A stretch of 64,000 bases of DNA from the human T2T-CHM13v2.0 reference genome, Homo sapiens, in the NCBI RefSeq assembly GCF_009914755.1, contig NC_060942.1; one strand, given 5' to 3'. Each line of letters begins with the position of its first letter. Positions within the stretch are counted from its first letter, which is position 1. The notes below the pieces were generated by a model. The model saw only the letters and a program-made list of their open reading frames with translations. It was not told where the DNA came from and did not search any database. A program made the translations under genes and the position numbers. Positions 1-13,470 of the stretch are shown here, piece by piece.

Positions 1-1254
1 ATAATGGTCATAAGATGGTTTAGAGAAAGACTGCAGGCTTCTAGCCCTCTTGCCTCTCACATGATGTTATGACAGGATGGGGCATACAATAAGAAGTCAA
101 TACATGCTATTGATTGACTTCTTAAATTCTTTGCTAAATTTGTTGACGAATTCTTTCTTCTTTAATTGTGGAACTCAAATTTATTTCAGGGAGAGTTAAT
201 TCTGTATTGGTGTGACTTATTTGCCATTTATTTTTTGAGGAAATTATTTGATGTCTAAGGGCCTTCAAAAAAAAGAAGCCATTTCCTTTTGAACAATGAA
301 ATCACGTTTCACTGGCATAATTGGACTGGAACACAGACAGGCTCGAGTTTAGCTCTAAACTCAGAACCCATGAAGGTCGACTGGAAAAACACAGTCGCCC
401 ATCCCAGTCTTAAGTGGCATTTTATTTTTTCAAATTGTGTCACAAACATGCATACAAAATAAGAGCTAAGTGTTACGGATTATAACCTAAAGCTTTCCAG
501 CCAAGCCAATTGGAAGAGAAAATCAAAGGAAACTTGTGATATTTCAATTTAACTTTCTGCTTTCACAGCGTGTAGGAGGATGAAGGGAAATCAGATAGAT
601 TTAAGGTATAGCCTACAATATGATCAAAAGAAAAAAAAATCTACTACCATGCTTTGCTTTTATTTCAGAGTCCTATCAGTCTGGCTACAGCCTAAACAAA
701 CAAATTCTGTCTAAGAAACATCCATTATCATAACTACCTAATAAATCAGCAACAATAAAAGGTGTGTCCAGCTCACCGACAAATGTGCAGCAATTATATC
801 AAGCTCTCTCACCTTGTACCTTCTTTGTTCAGCTGTTCACACTTACCTAGTTCCTACTGCTTACAGCCCTGTCTTTATTCCCTCTACCAACGTTATCTGG
901 CAGGTAATTTTACCGGCCCTAAGAGCTCTGTGAATACCATATTCATCCTTTGACTCTTCCTACTTCTAGGTCTGAGAAACTATCCCCTAAATTCACAATC
1001 ACCTATGTGATTGGCTTGTCTATTAGTATCCCAAAAAGGATTTTCCTGTCACCTACCATGGAGACATTCTGCCGGACGAAAAGAGAAAGAAGCTATATGA
1101 AATGATAGAAAAGAGATAAGTCAATAGGATTAAAGAGACCTCTCAAGCAATTAAGTGGCAACACTGGCAGTAAGTGACTTCAGGGTAGACAAGTATAAAG
1201 ACTACATATATATATATATATCTCCAAAGATAGTTACCCTTAGAAGGGCCCTAA

Positions 1255-1405
1255 TTTAATCTGGTCCAAATGTTTTATTTTATAGGTATTGATATTTAGC
1301 CCCTAAAGTCAAGAGAATTAGTGAAGTTTATATAGTGAATTAGTGACAAAACTGAAATTAAACCTAAAGTGTCCTAAATTAAAGACCAGAGTGCTTTTCT
1401 TCCCC
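1255..1405 (-). mobile_element. MIR SINE fragment (diverged)
   Basis: Antisense MIR-core-like text (ttttatttttataggt...gtcaagagaattagtgaagttatatagtgaattagtgacaaaactgaaattaaacctaa); boundaries approximate. Confidence 0.55.
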
Positions 1406-2118
1406 AGTTCTCCAGGGATCTTTGTACTATTTTGTGCATTAAAGGGACTCTATATATATTGAAGGTAGTAAACCAGGAAAGCAGAGATTGAGGGAGGAAG
1501 TAAAGAAGGAAGATAATGTATTCTGCATTCTTGAAGCAAAGAAGAAGTATTTAGATAATGTAGTGTTTCCTGGCATAGCAGGAAGTGGAGCAGAGTCAAA
1601 CAGTGAAACAAGAAATACATACCAAGATTCATTCTCCAAATGAAAAGATCCAAGAGCAACACACCTGGAAGCACTAGAGAAGATATCATCAAACAAAGTG
1701 GGGATGTTCCCAATTATGACTGAGAATGAAGGCCACGAATTAGGACCCAAAGAAAACAGGTACATAAACAGAGAACAAAAATATACCCACAGTTGCTATA
1801 GCAAAGTGACCAATTCTGTCTAGTGTGGCTTTGTGCACTTGTGGCCAATTGTAACAAGCCAGATCTTGCTCCCCATCATTTGAAAAGTTACTAATCACTT
1901 CATTTTCTGGACAACTTCAGAAAAGTAAGTGGAAGTTTAACAAAAATATGAATCAAATTATGGGAAATATAAAAAAAAGTATTATGGTGTGCTGTGTTGC
2001 CTACAGTATTTCAAAAATGTAAGATGAAATTGTAGAATATCAAGTTCCTAAAGTTACTTATAAGTGAAGATGAAAGTAAGAATTCTTACACAGGATAGCA
2101 TCTTGAAAGCCTGCAGAC

Positions 2119-2604
2119 ATTTTTCTTTTTGCTACTTTTTTTATTGCTATACTTTATGTTCTGGGGTACATATGTAGAACATGTAGGTTTGTTACATAGG
2201 TATACATGTGCCATGGTGGTTTGCTGCACCCATCAACCCTTCATCTACATTAGGTATTTCTCCTAATGCTATCCCTCCCCTAGCCCCGCAACCCCTGACA
2301 GGCCCCTGTGTATGACGTTCCCCTCCCTGTGTCCAAGTGTTCTCATTGTCCAACTCCCACTTGTGAGTGAGAGAACATGTGGTGTTTGGTTTTCTGTTCT
2401 TGTGTAAGTTTGCTGAGAATGATGGTTTCCAGCTTCATCCATGTCCCTGCAAAAGGCATGAACTCATCCTTTTTATGGCTGCAGAGTATTCCATGGTGTA
2501 TATGTGCCACATTTTCTTTATCCAGTCTATCATCAATGGGCATTTGGGTTGGTTCCAAGTCTTTGCTATTGTGAACAGTGCTGCAATAAACATACTTGTG
2601 CATG
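2119..2604 (-). mobile_element. L1PA (about L1PA7-like) 3' end, 5'-truncated
   Basis: Typical L1PA 3'UTR antisense (tatactttatgttctggggtaca...gtgccatggtggtttgctgcacccatcaac...tgctatccctcccctagcccc). The minus ORF 2343-2654 contains the ORF2 C-terminus (HKKDEFMPFAGTWMKLETIILSKLTQEQKTKHHMFS). Degenerate TSD gcagacatttt / ggagatatttt. Confidence 0.95.
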
Positions 2605-3019
2605 GGAGATATTTTTAATGAGGAAAATAGAAAAAGCAGTAGGAAACCAAACATAATTATATGTGATGCCTATATAGTGCCCAGCCAATTGATGGCTCAA
2701 TTCTGATGTGGTACTGTGCAAAAAGAAAACAAAAACAAAGACAAACACACACAAAAAAAAAAACACACACACAATAGCATCTGGCAAGCAAAATAACTTA
2801 AGAAAACAATTTAATCTTTATTATATTCCCTCATGAAAGTATTAAAGGGAAAAAATACTCATAATAAGGAATGAAACGTTTAAATCTTTCTCTCTCCATC
2901 AACTCTTGGGCTATGGTAGAGGCACAAGGAACAAAAAGAGAAGGGAATTACCACATGCCGCTCAGAGTGTCCAAGCTTGTCTGACACCCCCCAGCCCCAG
3001 TGTTCTATGATTCTAAGCC

Positions 3020-3500
3020 ACTGACTCTGCCCCTCGTGCCTCAGTGCTTCCCAATCTCTGCAATGTAAATCCAAAAGCAACCTACTTTCATCAAAGATCA
3101 TCCATCACTCCAATTCACCAACCTGTCAGCCTAACCATGCAATATAAACTTCGTTCTTGCAGCTCTCTGAAATTCTTGCTATTCTCAGAACTTGACCTGC
3201 ACACTCCCACATCATTGCCCCAAAATATTCCCTTGGAATACCCTTCTGCCATTTTCCAGTTCTTAATAGTTTGCCTTAAATACCATGCCTTTTTTGAAGC
3301 TGCATCTAGTGCCCCAGTCAAATCAAATTCTCTCTCTTGTGTGGCTATCCACACTGTGCCCCTCCATTACAGGCTTATGTATTCTTCATCTCATTCAAAA
3401 GAGACTTGTGGCACTTAGTAGCGCTATTTGTGAAATGCCTGTCTTTCCCCACCAGCTTCTGAATTCCTCATGAAAACGGATGCAGCTTTATTTATCTAAA
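3020..3500 (+). mobile_element. L2 LINE 3' fragment
   Basis: Diverged L2 3'-region text (ccttggaatacccttctgcc...ttaaataccatgccttttttgaag...tgcctgtctttccccaccagcttctgaattcctc). Confidence 0.55.
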
Positions 3501-6444
3501 GCCTCTGTAAAATCCATTAAGGGCCCCTTGAAACAAGTATGAACCTAAACAAAGTTTATTCCCTCGAATGACCTGGCCTTATCTTACCCAACTTACATTC
3601 TGTAATCTCCTAAGTGAATGGCAAGAGTCATTTTGTTAAATGAAATTAATGTCATTAAGGTGAAATTAATTTGTACATGGGGAAAAAAATGTAGTCTCCA
3701 GGTTGTCTCCAAGCCAGTTGCCAATATTTGAGAACCACTATTTAACAATTACCAGTAAACTAGATCAGGACTGCCTAGAAGTTACCATCTGCTACCTTAG
3801 CATGGTCAAATCACAATTTATTATGGATTTGGATGCACGTAATGATTTTTTTCAGGTTAAATAAAGGAAGAAGAAAATGAAACAGAGTAGAGGAGAAGTA
3901 ATCATGGTCAACAAATAATGTCTCCAAAGTAACATCCATATAATGTAATTAAAAGTCAAGAAGAAATCTTTTCTTTCTGAATGTACTTAAGTTCCTTATC
4001 TCTTTACTGGTTTGAAACATTGCATCAAACTTCCACAGCAGCTATTCCCTGTGGGCCTTTACAGATACATAACAAATGTGAGGTTTGAAATTTCTGCTAT
4101 TTTGAGTAATTTTAAATACTTTTGGTTATTTTGTATGTATGTGTAAGCCTGCATGCATGAACACACAGACACATGCATACACACACACATGCACACATAC
4201 TCTGGAAAGAGCAGGGAACATTCAGTCAGAAGCCAACACTGGCTCCACATCTCAACCTGACTCATTGGTGAAGCACCTTGCCTTCATGAATGGGTGTCTC
4301 CTTATCGTTGTAACTGGGACACTGAAAAAGATGATGTCTACATTATTTTCTGGTTTTAGATCTGTGAGTTATATGCAAATGCACACCATTTAAACAACTG
4401 CCTAATGTCGAACACGTAAACATTTTTTAAAAAGTATACCTAGTAAACTCTCTGGTAGAACCCTTAGGTCCCATGGATGGCCCTTACCCATGAGACTGTA
4501 AAAACAGCAGGAGGAATGTCCACTCCATAACCACACAGGAAGTCTGATGTCTAATCTAGATCAGAATTCAGAGGATGCTATCTCTGGCCCTAAAATTAAT
4601 CAGAGTCAATTGCTCTCAGCCATAACATTAGAAGGAAGGATGTTTTAACTGAAACAATGCTCTGATTTAATCTCATATCAGGGGTTGCCATACAATCTTA
4701 TTTTGTCTTCTCTCAGTTTGGTTTCACACATGAAAAAGAAAGCCCTTGCAAAATGTGTGCAAATTGTTAAATGTCAGCTGAATGTCATTTTCCAAGTTTG
4801 GCACTCAAATAGGGCTCTCTGAAAATTGGCTGTCATCCGCTGAGACTTAAAGGAAAGATCTTTGAAAAGGTCCTGGGAGGCTTCATTTCCAGAGGTTTTT
4901 AAGGTCCCACATGAGCTGACTGCTTCCTCATATAAGTCATTTCCCCATAGTCTGCAATGTCGCAGTTCTCCCTGCCTCCATGCCGTTGATTTTGTCACTA
5001 CCCCGCCCATGAATGCTCTCTCTTTGCTCTCTGTCTATCCAAATGTGACAATTTCTCAAAGACAACACTAAGGTACTTCCTCCACAAAGCAGTCTTGACT
5101 TCTTCTGCCATACACAATCTTTCCACTCTGCAACCTGACCACCTGCATTTGAACCCTGCACCAGTTGGTCCTGGTTTAGACTAGCACTGGTCTACAAAAT
5201 GTTTGCATATACTACACTGTACCCATTTCTCTTGTCTTACTACTTGTTTGTAAACTCTTTAAGTAAAAACCCAATTTTATTCTACCATTCGTATTGTTTA
5301 CCACAAAGCTGTTCATACAAGAGATGTTCCAACATACAATACTACTTCTATTTCATCTCCTGTTGTCCTCAAAAAGTACAGAAATTTCCATGGGCTCGTT
5401 GCCTTTAAGGATAAACTTACACAGCTGTTATTTTTTTCTAAGTTGATGGGTTACAGAGGCAGGGAATGAAGGCAAGTAATCAAATAATCAAGAGCAGAAC
5501 TTATATGAGCATTTCAGCACAAAGCAACATTTGGGCCTAAATTACCCCCCACCTAATTAAACTCACACTCCCTAAAAGCATTTTCTCAAACCTGAGCTGC
5601 CCTTGACAACCTAGATATAGCTACCACAGCTCACTGGGAAACTTAAATATCACCAGTGCCCAGACTGAGTACCATTAGGGAACGAGGAGTGAACTGCCTA
5701 AGGATAGACATGAGTATCTGATGGCACTACACCCTCTCAAAATCCTGGGTATTTGTCTTACTGCCAGACTGACCTTCTCTTGAGAAATACAGTTATTTTT
5801 CTCTCATTGAGGTAACAGAATCGGTGTGTTGACTCTTGCTTTTCTTCCAGGTAAATGGGACAGAGACAGATGAAGAAAAACATAGAGGGAGCTTCGATGA
5901 ATCTATGCAGTGTTTTATTGCTGATGCAGGCTGATTCCATACATTTCTGGAAATGTAACACTTTAGAAGAAGAGAGGGTGGGGTCCTAATTGAGTGAGGG
6001 GTGATGTAATAGAAGTTGATGCATCTTATCAGTAGTTGGGCAGACCCACTTAACTCTGCAAATGGACCTCGTCACATAGGAAAAATCAGATGACACAGAA
6101 TAGAGCCTAATGTTTTCATTAAAGTGAGAAGAGACCTTTACTTGCCTAAGAAAAATGTCTTAACTAAAACATAGATTTTTCAAAGACCACAGACAACAGC
6201 AAGGTAAAATGTGTCTGATTTATGGCAGGTTTAAAAGGTCTTCTTCCCACATGTGAGTCTAGAGCCACAGTAGGTGCCACAATAGGATGATAAATGAAGA
6301 AATAACTCAACAGGAAAGCAACAAGGCAGTGGACTCTGGGGTAGTGACGGCTGTACCACTCAGCCTCTGAGTGGAATCTGAATGCTGAAGGTGAGCAACT
6401 ATGTTGTGAGGTAGAAGAGGCAGATAAAGAAAAGAGGATGACAC

Positions 6445-6675
6445 TAGGAATCAGAAAGGTAGAATTTTTGTTCCAAGTCTCCTACTAATTTCTTGCATGA
6501 CCTTGAGGGAAATCACCTTACCTTTCTCTGCCTGTACTTTTGCATCTCTGAATGAGAATAACAAGAGCATGTTCCACTACTCTCTGGGATGTTATAAAAA
6601 ATAAAACACAATGTGATAATAGATGAACTATGCTTTGAAGAGCTCAAAAGCACCGTGCAAATGTAAAGTATTAAT
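6445..6675 (+). mobile_element. MIR SINE
   Basis: MIR core: ggaatcagaaaggtagaattttgttccaagtctcctactaatttcttgcatgaccttgagggaaatcaccttacctttctctgcctg...catctctgaatgagaataac. Confidence 0.8.
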
Positions 6676-8105
6676 TATGTTCTAAAGGTATCATTTCAGT
6701 GAGAGAGATAAAAAAGAAGGAACATATTATTAAATTACATATTTGAAAAGATAAGAGACATATTGGGAGGGCTGCTTTCAAGAGATATTGCAGAAGCTGG
6801 CATTCGATCTTCTAGACACCAGCCAATCCTCACATAAAAACACAGATCTGAGATGAGAGAGAAATAGATGACAGTGTGCAGGGGATGAACTGTGTACCAA
6901 GGTAAATTGCAGAAACGTACTGACAAAATAAAATTGGTGACTTACATAATGAGTATCAAAAATTAATAAGCATACAAAAGACTTAACATTACAAAGAAGA
7001 AAAGATAGAGGTTTAGGGTAAATTCAAAGCTACAAGTTGAGCTTAAAAGGACAATTACTAAGAAGTACTCCTTCCTGCCCAAAGAAGGGGAGCAATAGAA
7101 CAACAGGTTGTGAAAAACCAGGCCTTTAGGAGATCCATCCTTCCAACGCCTGAGCAATAATTTCAGAAGATAACTACCCTCAGGTCCAAGCAAAACTAAT
7201 CATTTAATAAATGACTTATGCATTAGGTTTGGGGGAGACAAGAGAAGGAAAATCTGGGAAATTCTGCCCTTGTGGATGCCAGAAAGAAAGGATGAGAATA
7301 TAAAAAACAGTGAAGTGAGGCTTAATTGCTAAACACGGGCTATGAACATTCTAGTTGGTTAGAAAAGAAATATAATGAGAGGGTTTGCTCGACTAGATAT
7401 AAAAACATTTCTAGTCCTAAGATTCTAAAATTCTAAGAGCATTTTCTTTGCTAGAAATAACATTCAGAGACTTCTGCCTCCTGGCTCTTAGAAAAAAAGA
7501 CTAAAAACTAACTCTAAAGCGGTGGAAGCTGTGTGCTTTGTATTCAGGAATACCAGTCCCAGCTAAGAGTGAGGGTTCATGTTGAAAACAAAGACAGAGT
7601 AAGTGAAAGTCTATATACTGAAAACTGAGGTCCCTATCCTAGCTTCCAGAACACTGGCAATCAGGGTTATATCCCCTCAAACTCATCTCTTTTACTACCT
7701 TCAGAAAAAGAGATTGGAAGATACTTTTGGAGGAAATTCACAAATCCCAGAGGAAATATATATGCATATATATAGATTTTGGCAGATAGGGCTCAAGACC
7801 TGCTTTGGAACTTACAGTAGAGTTCACTACTAGTAAGCTCCATCTACACACAGTCTTGACAGCTCTAGATATGAGCAGATAGCCTGGAGTTACCAGCAAG
7901 CAGAGCACAGCCTTCACCGGAAAAGGTAAAGGCCAAAACCAACACTCAAACAGAAATAATTAAAGGAAATAGAAGATAGCAGAAAACTTCTGGGAGAATA
8001 AAACTTTCTTTAAAAATCATTATAATTAACATTCTCAGAGGTTAAAAAAAATAAAGTTGAACACCCTTTGAAAGAAAAACAATGATTATGAAAAATTAGA
8101 GACAT

Positions 8106-8420
8106 TGTCCAGGCATGGTAGCTCAAGCCTGTAATCTCAGCACTTTGGGAGGCTGAGGAGAGAGAATTCCTTGAGCTCAGGAGTTCAAGACCAGCCTGGG
8201 CAACATAGAAAGACCCTCATCTCTACAAAGTAAAAAAAGTAGCCAGGCATGGTGATACTTGCCTGTAAGCCCAACTACATGGAAGGCTGAGGCAGGCAGG
8301 TCACTTGACCCTGAGAGGCCATGGCTGCAGTGAACTATGATCACTCCACTGCACTTCAGCCTGGGTGAGAGAACAAAAGCTTGTCTCAAAAAAAACAAAA
8401 ACAAAAAACAAAAACAAAAC
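8106..8420 (+). mobile_element. AluJ, full length
   Basis: Dimeric Alu with J diagnostics (cttgagctcaggagttcaagaccagcctgggcaacatag; ggctgcagtgaactatgatc), an (A)nC tail and TSD-like agagaca on both sides. Confidence 0.95.
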
Positions 8421-8439
8421 AGAGACACATATCAAAGTA

Positions 8440-9630
8440 AAGACAGTAATATAGTGAACCTTGTGTACTTACCAGCTAGCTTTAAAAATTATCAATATAT
8501 TGCCATTTTTTTACCTCTAAAACATCACCTACTCTCTATTCCAGATTATTTGAAATAATTCCTAGATTAATAGCATGTCATCTGTAAATATTTTACGACA
8601 AGTCTCTAAAAACTTACTACTTTAAAAAGTACATAACTACTGTATAACTATCACACCAAAAAATTATTATCATTTATATCATCAAAATTCAGTCAGATTT
8701 TGAATTTTCCTAATTGTATCATTTATTTCATTTCAGTTTATTTATGGGTTGCTCAAGTAAGGATTCAAATTGTGATATTATTATTTTCATCATATTGACT
8801 AAACCCTTCATCTATAGGGTTCCTTTCCTTTCTCTCTTTCTCTCCCTTTTTACCTCCCTTGCAATGTATTTTGGCAGCTATTGGTTTATTTTCCTATAGA
8901 GTATTTCACAGTCTGGATTTTGTACCTCTGTGGTATCATTAAACATATTTATTTATTCCTGATAATTCTTATTAATTGCTAATTGTATTTAGAGAGTTAC
9001 TAAAACTTAGGCTCAATATTTAGGCAAGAATTTTCTGTAGTGGGTTACAAGTACTTCCATCAGCAGGGACATATTGTCTGGTTGTCTATCTTTTCGTGAC
9101 ATTTTAAGCCTTGAAAATCACTGCTTAATCACTAGAACTAAGTGTATATTTCATTTAGGGTTACAGAATATTCTAATTCTGCAATTTCTTCATCATTTTA
9201 TTAACTGGAATACTTCTATGAAGAGAAACTTCTTTTTATCAAATATTCATTCCCTGAGATACCTTTGTAGAAGAAAGGCATAATAAGTATTTCACTTTTA
9301 CCTCTACCAAGCAATTTTTACAATAATAAGTTGGTTCTCTAGCATTCTCCAAAATAATCCATGAGGTTTTTTTTTTTCAAATATCATTATAAACACATAG
9401 AATTATATGTCATTAATTTGTTACCCTCAGTCACAATTGCTATTGTTATCAGTGCTCAAAACCTCTTCCAGTTGGCCTTTGACTTTATCTGACATAAGGT
9501 GGAAGTCTCTGCTTTTTGATTTGGTAAGGTGTTCCAGGCTCATCTTACACATTCCCAGCCTTAGACCTATATTCTTTTCACTCTCCAAAGCCATCTGGTT
9601 CTTTTTACTGGAAAGTGGTATTTCAAAACC
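8440..9630 (-). mobile_element. Old L1 (L1MC4/5-like) 3' region
   Basis: Antisense L1MC 3'UTR motifs (acataactactgtataactatcacacc; ttggtttattttcctatagagtatttcacagtctggatttt; gttccaggctcatcttacacattcccagccttagacc). Confidence 0.75.
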
Positions 9631-10099
9631 GTAATTCTTTTTCCTCATGTCAGCTCTTTTTTTGCTTCTCAAGGATATTTAAAAATGTGTTTATCCAGAA
9701 TGTTTGGTTATTTGAGAGAGAGGATTGGCCCAAATAACCTAGCCCACTATTCATACCAACTCATACTGGGACCTTTGCTAAATCCATTCATTGGCAAGTG
9801 TTTCCTCTGGTTATTTGCATGGCTTATTTTCCTAATTCTGTAAAGGCTTTGCTTAAAATTGAGCTTCTCAATGAATAGTTCCCTGATTGTACAGAGTGCA
9901 AAGAAGTGAGTGTTGAATAAATGAATAAATAGTGCCTAAATAAAACACATGGGAAGCTTATTAAAAGGGAACACAGAAAGGTCAGAAAAAGAGATCTCAA
10001 AAAATTTAGGTATCATAACAAAATGAAACATTTAGATATAAATCTGGAAGCACAGATATCTAAACACAATGAAACAAACAAAAAATCTGATAATACAGA

Positions 10100-11200
10100 A
10101 TTATACAAAAGGGTTTTAGAATGTCTTAGACAAAGAATACTAGTTTCTAAAAAGCAATTAAAAGGAACCATAGGAACCATTGCATGCCAGTACAATGGAC
10201 TAAAAATAAAAGACTCCCATCGAAGCATATTATAACAAAATTTCACAACACCATGGACAAAGTGATGACCCTACAAGTGCTTATGCAGAGGCAAATGTGC
10301 TAATTAATACATAAGTTCAGGAGTTACAATGACATTCAACTTCTCTACAGTAACACACCTTTGCTAAATCTTGAGGAGAATGATTGTCAATCTAGAATAT
10401 ATTATTGATCAAGTGTAAGGAGGAGAATAAGGAAATATTCAAACACAAGTTCTCATGAAGACAGATTTCAGAATGATAGCAAGCATAGAAAACTAGGAGC
10501 CTGAATAGTAGAGTAGGATGAAGGCCCACATGGAATATCTCCTAGCAATGAAGAACAGAGGGGGAAAGGAGGGAGAAAAAAGAGGAAAAGAGATCTTAAA
10601 CATTTTAAATATCATAACAAAATGAAAATTTCAGTATCAATCCAGAAGCACAAATATTTAAAAACAAACAGACAAAAAACTACCAAACAGAAAAAGGACT
10701 ACCTGACTCAGTTGAATTGACTGAAAGATTTCCACAACTTTCAGATAATTTGGCGATGATTCATTGATACATAAAAATGAAGCCAATAAAAAATTATTAA
10801 GTAGAAACAAACAAAAATTGAAAGAAGATGTCGAAGAAAGGAAACAAAACTAGTATACCACATGGCTCAGCAATGAGTAATGTTTACAAAGTCATAACGA
10901 AGTAACTATTACATAATGATTTCAAAAATATGGCTTACTTATACTGGGAGAATTGGAAAAGAGAATAGTCTGGGCTGATGTGTGTATACAAAGAGAAGTA
11001 CATAAAAAAAGTTCATTTTCCAAAGGAGACATCAGAAAATAAGGAGATTTTAGAAATAACAGAATAAAAATGACATCTCTAAAAGTTAAAATGAACATTA
11101 AAAGATACAGTTAAAACTGTTAAAAATATTACTTTGGGGAAGCAGAAATTGGAGATGAGGAGATACTTTATTAAGTAAGAAAAAAACCTATTTGACTTTT
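10100..11200 (+). mobile_element. HAL1 (half-L1) fragment, continuing 11531-11580 after the Alu
   Basis: Degenerate ORF1-like part (aaatttcacaacaccatggacaaag...aatgacattcaacttctctacagtaacac) and HAL1 3' motifs (tataccacatggctcagcaatgagtaatgtttacaaagtcataa; ctatttgactttttt). Confidence 0.7.
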
Positions 11201-11206
11201 TTAAAG

Positions 11207-11530
11207 TTTATTTATTTATTCATGTGTTAAGAAACAAGGCCTCACTCTGCTGCTCAGGCTGGAGTGCAACAGTGCAATCATAGCTCACTGCAGCCTCTAA
11301 CTCCTGGGCCAAAGCCAACCTCCTGCCTCAGCCACCTGAGTAGCTGGTACTACAAGCATGTGCCACCATGCCCAGCTAATTTAAAACAAAAATTATTTTA
11401 CAGATGAGGTCTTGCTATGTTGCCCAGGCTGGTTTCAAACTCCAGGCCTCAAGCCATCCTCCTGCCTCAGTCTCTAGAGTGCATTGATCCTCCTGCCTCA
11501 ATCTGTAGGTGCCAGCCATCACACCTGGCT
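11207..11530 (-). mobile_element. AluJ inserted in the HAL1 3' end
   Basis: Antisense AluJ (tcatagctcactgcagcctctaactcctggg; gaggtcttgctatgttgcccaggctgg), (TTTA)n tail, degenerate TSD ttgacttttttaaa / ttggctttttaaa. Confidence 0.93.
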
Positions 11531-11838
11531 CCTTGGCTTTTTAAACTAGGTAAATATATATCTTTAGTGAAAATGATTTTTTAAATGTGTTTTAGAAAGT
11601 GAAAAGATGTCTAAAGGGTACATTAAGGAAATGAATTAATCTGCTTATTAAAGATTTACATAAGGTAAACACATGTCCTGTAGTACAGGAGCAGGACAGT
11701 GATAGCTTGAACTATGTGGGACATGTGCAACCAAAGGTTTTCACACCTGAACTGATGTGGGCAGTTTCAAACACAGAAACTGAAAGTTTTGTTGGCTTAT
11801 CCCCGGGTCTCTCTTGATTTTCCCAAAGACTAACTTAC

Positions 11839-11909
11839 CAGTCAGGAGAAGTTCCTTACAGGTTTAGATGCCCCCAGAAAATGACTGAAACTTCTGGGAC
11901 ATTGTCAAT
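11839..11909 (-). other. Candidate non-coding exon (71 nt)
   Basis: Minus strand reads gtgcttttctctccag|ATTGAC...GACTG|gtaagtta, a strong acceptor and donor. Stop codons in all three frames. No transcript evidence available. Confidence 0.3.
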
Positions 11910-13269
11910 CTGGAGAGAAAAGCACTGTACAATCGTGAACACTGGGTATAGTGACACTGATTGAGACCAGGCCAGTGCAAGAAGTGATAGGCAAGTGCCA
12001 GGCCCATGACCCAGATTAAAACATAAATACAAAACCCTTCCTATCATCCAAAAGGTAAACTCTTCCCCTTATATCTTTAGTTATTACCTCAGCTTCCTCC
12101 CAAACTCTATCACGCATCCTCATAACTCTCCTATGGTAACAAGAATGTAATGTTATAAAATCTCTTTCCCTTTATCCTTATTACACCATTTATGCATATT
12201 CAAAAAACTTGTTACCTAAGATGTTCCTCTAATTCTATATATTTAATGTATTCTTTTTTTGCCTGCAAAAACACTAGATAAAAATTATCTCCAAATATTC
12301 ATGAGCATACATAGCAACCCTCAAAATGTACCTTTCTTTTATATATATATGTTATTGATATTCATGTTTCCTGTGTTTTAATACAATAAAATACTCCCTT
12401 GATAAGTACTCTTTCTCCACTTAGCTGTCATATTTAAAATCTTTTGGTCTTCTTGTAAAGTGGGGCCCATTTCTGCATTTATCCACATCCTTCTTGTCTA
12501 CTAAGAACTATCCTTCAAAATTTCTATGAAAAATCGGAATAAAAATTATTACCTGTTGAGAATTTATCAGTGACAAAGGCAGTGTCACACATAAACTACA
12601 TTGGGTGGAGGATTTCAGCAGCATGCTAGGAGATATTGTGAAGTCTCCTGCAATCCAACAAAGTCTACATGTTGTATGTGTCTGAATTTTCTCAGAAAGA
12701 TTATTCTGTTTTGGAATTAAAGAAGAGCATCTTTTATAACATGCAATTTTTATGCATGCTAAGGGTAAATATAAAACTCTCAGACTTTTATCTATAAACA
12801 AATTTGAATGGTGGAAGGAAAAATAAATATAACTATCCCAGGTAACTAGGCAGGGGCAAGTATTACCAAAGGGATAGGACTTCAGAAGTTTGAGGATGTT
12901 GACCATTAATTTGCATCCCAGTCTTCACCTATGTCAGCCACAGTATAAGAAATCTGATTTCTGACATGGGTGGGAACACATGCAGAAAGTAAGTTACTAA
13001 TCTCACATCTGTCATGCTGATATACAGAGACCAGTGTCGTGTGTCCAATCCTATAGTGACTATCTTGGGTCTGGTCTCACAGGGACATCTGTGCTGATGC
13101 CCTTTCTTTATCCTCCTTTGCACATGGCCAAACTCAGGCTCAGCAACACAGAAGGCTAAAGGAATCAAATACATCTATTCACATATGGTGAATGACTGGC
13201 GGGGCTCAATGGACCCTTTGCATAGCTGTTTACAATCTATCAGTGAAAACAGAACTATAAACTATAATT

Positions 13270-13470
13270 TTTTGAGCTACTACTACCATATAGTAGGAAT
13301 AGTCCTTTTAATGAATTGTTTAAACTCAAACCTTGCCAGGTCAGTTATTTCCCCCATTTTACAAGAGAGGTAACTGAGTCACAGGATCACCCAGCTAATA
13401 ATCCACAGATAGGATTCACAGCCAGTTCTGCTCAGCTCAAAAGCTCATGCTGCGTCTACTATGCTGGTTG
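13270..13470 (-). mobile_element. MIR SINE
   Basis: ttatttcccccattttacaagagaggtaactgagtcacag...ggattcacagccagttctgctcagctcaaaagctcatgc. Confidence 0.8.

Noticed and set aside
1439-1822. Purine-rich, nearly open + frame (about 127 codons, one stop) suggesting a processed pseudogene
   Set aside because: No recognisable protein, poly(A) or TSD; a tBLASTx/BLASTx search would be needed to revive it
2343-2654. ORF with real protein similarity (L1 ORF2 C-terminus)
   Set aside because: Part of a 5'-truncated L1PA copy, not a gene
6356-6374. 8-bp hairpin ccactcag/ctgagtgg
   Set aside because: Several stems of this size are expected by chance in 64 kb
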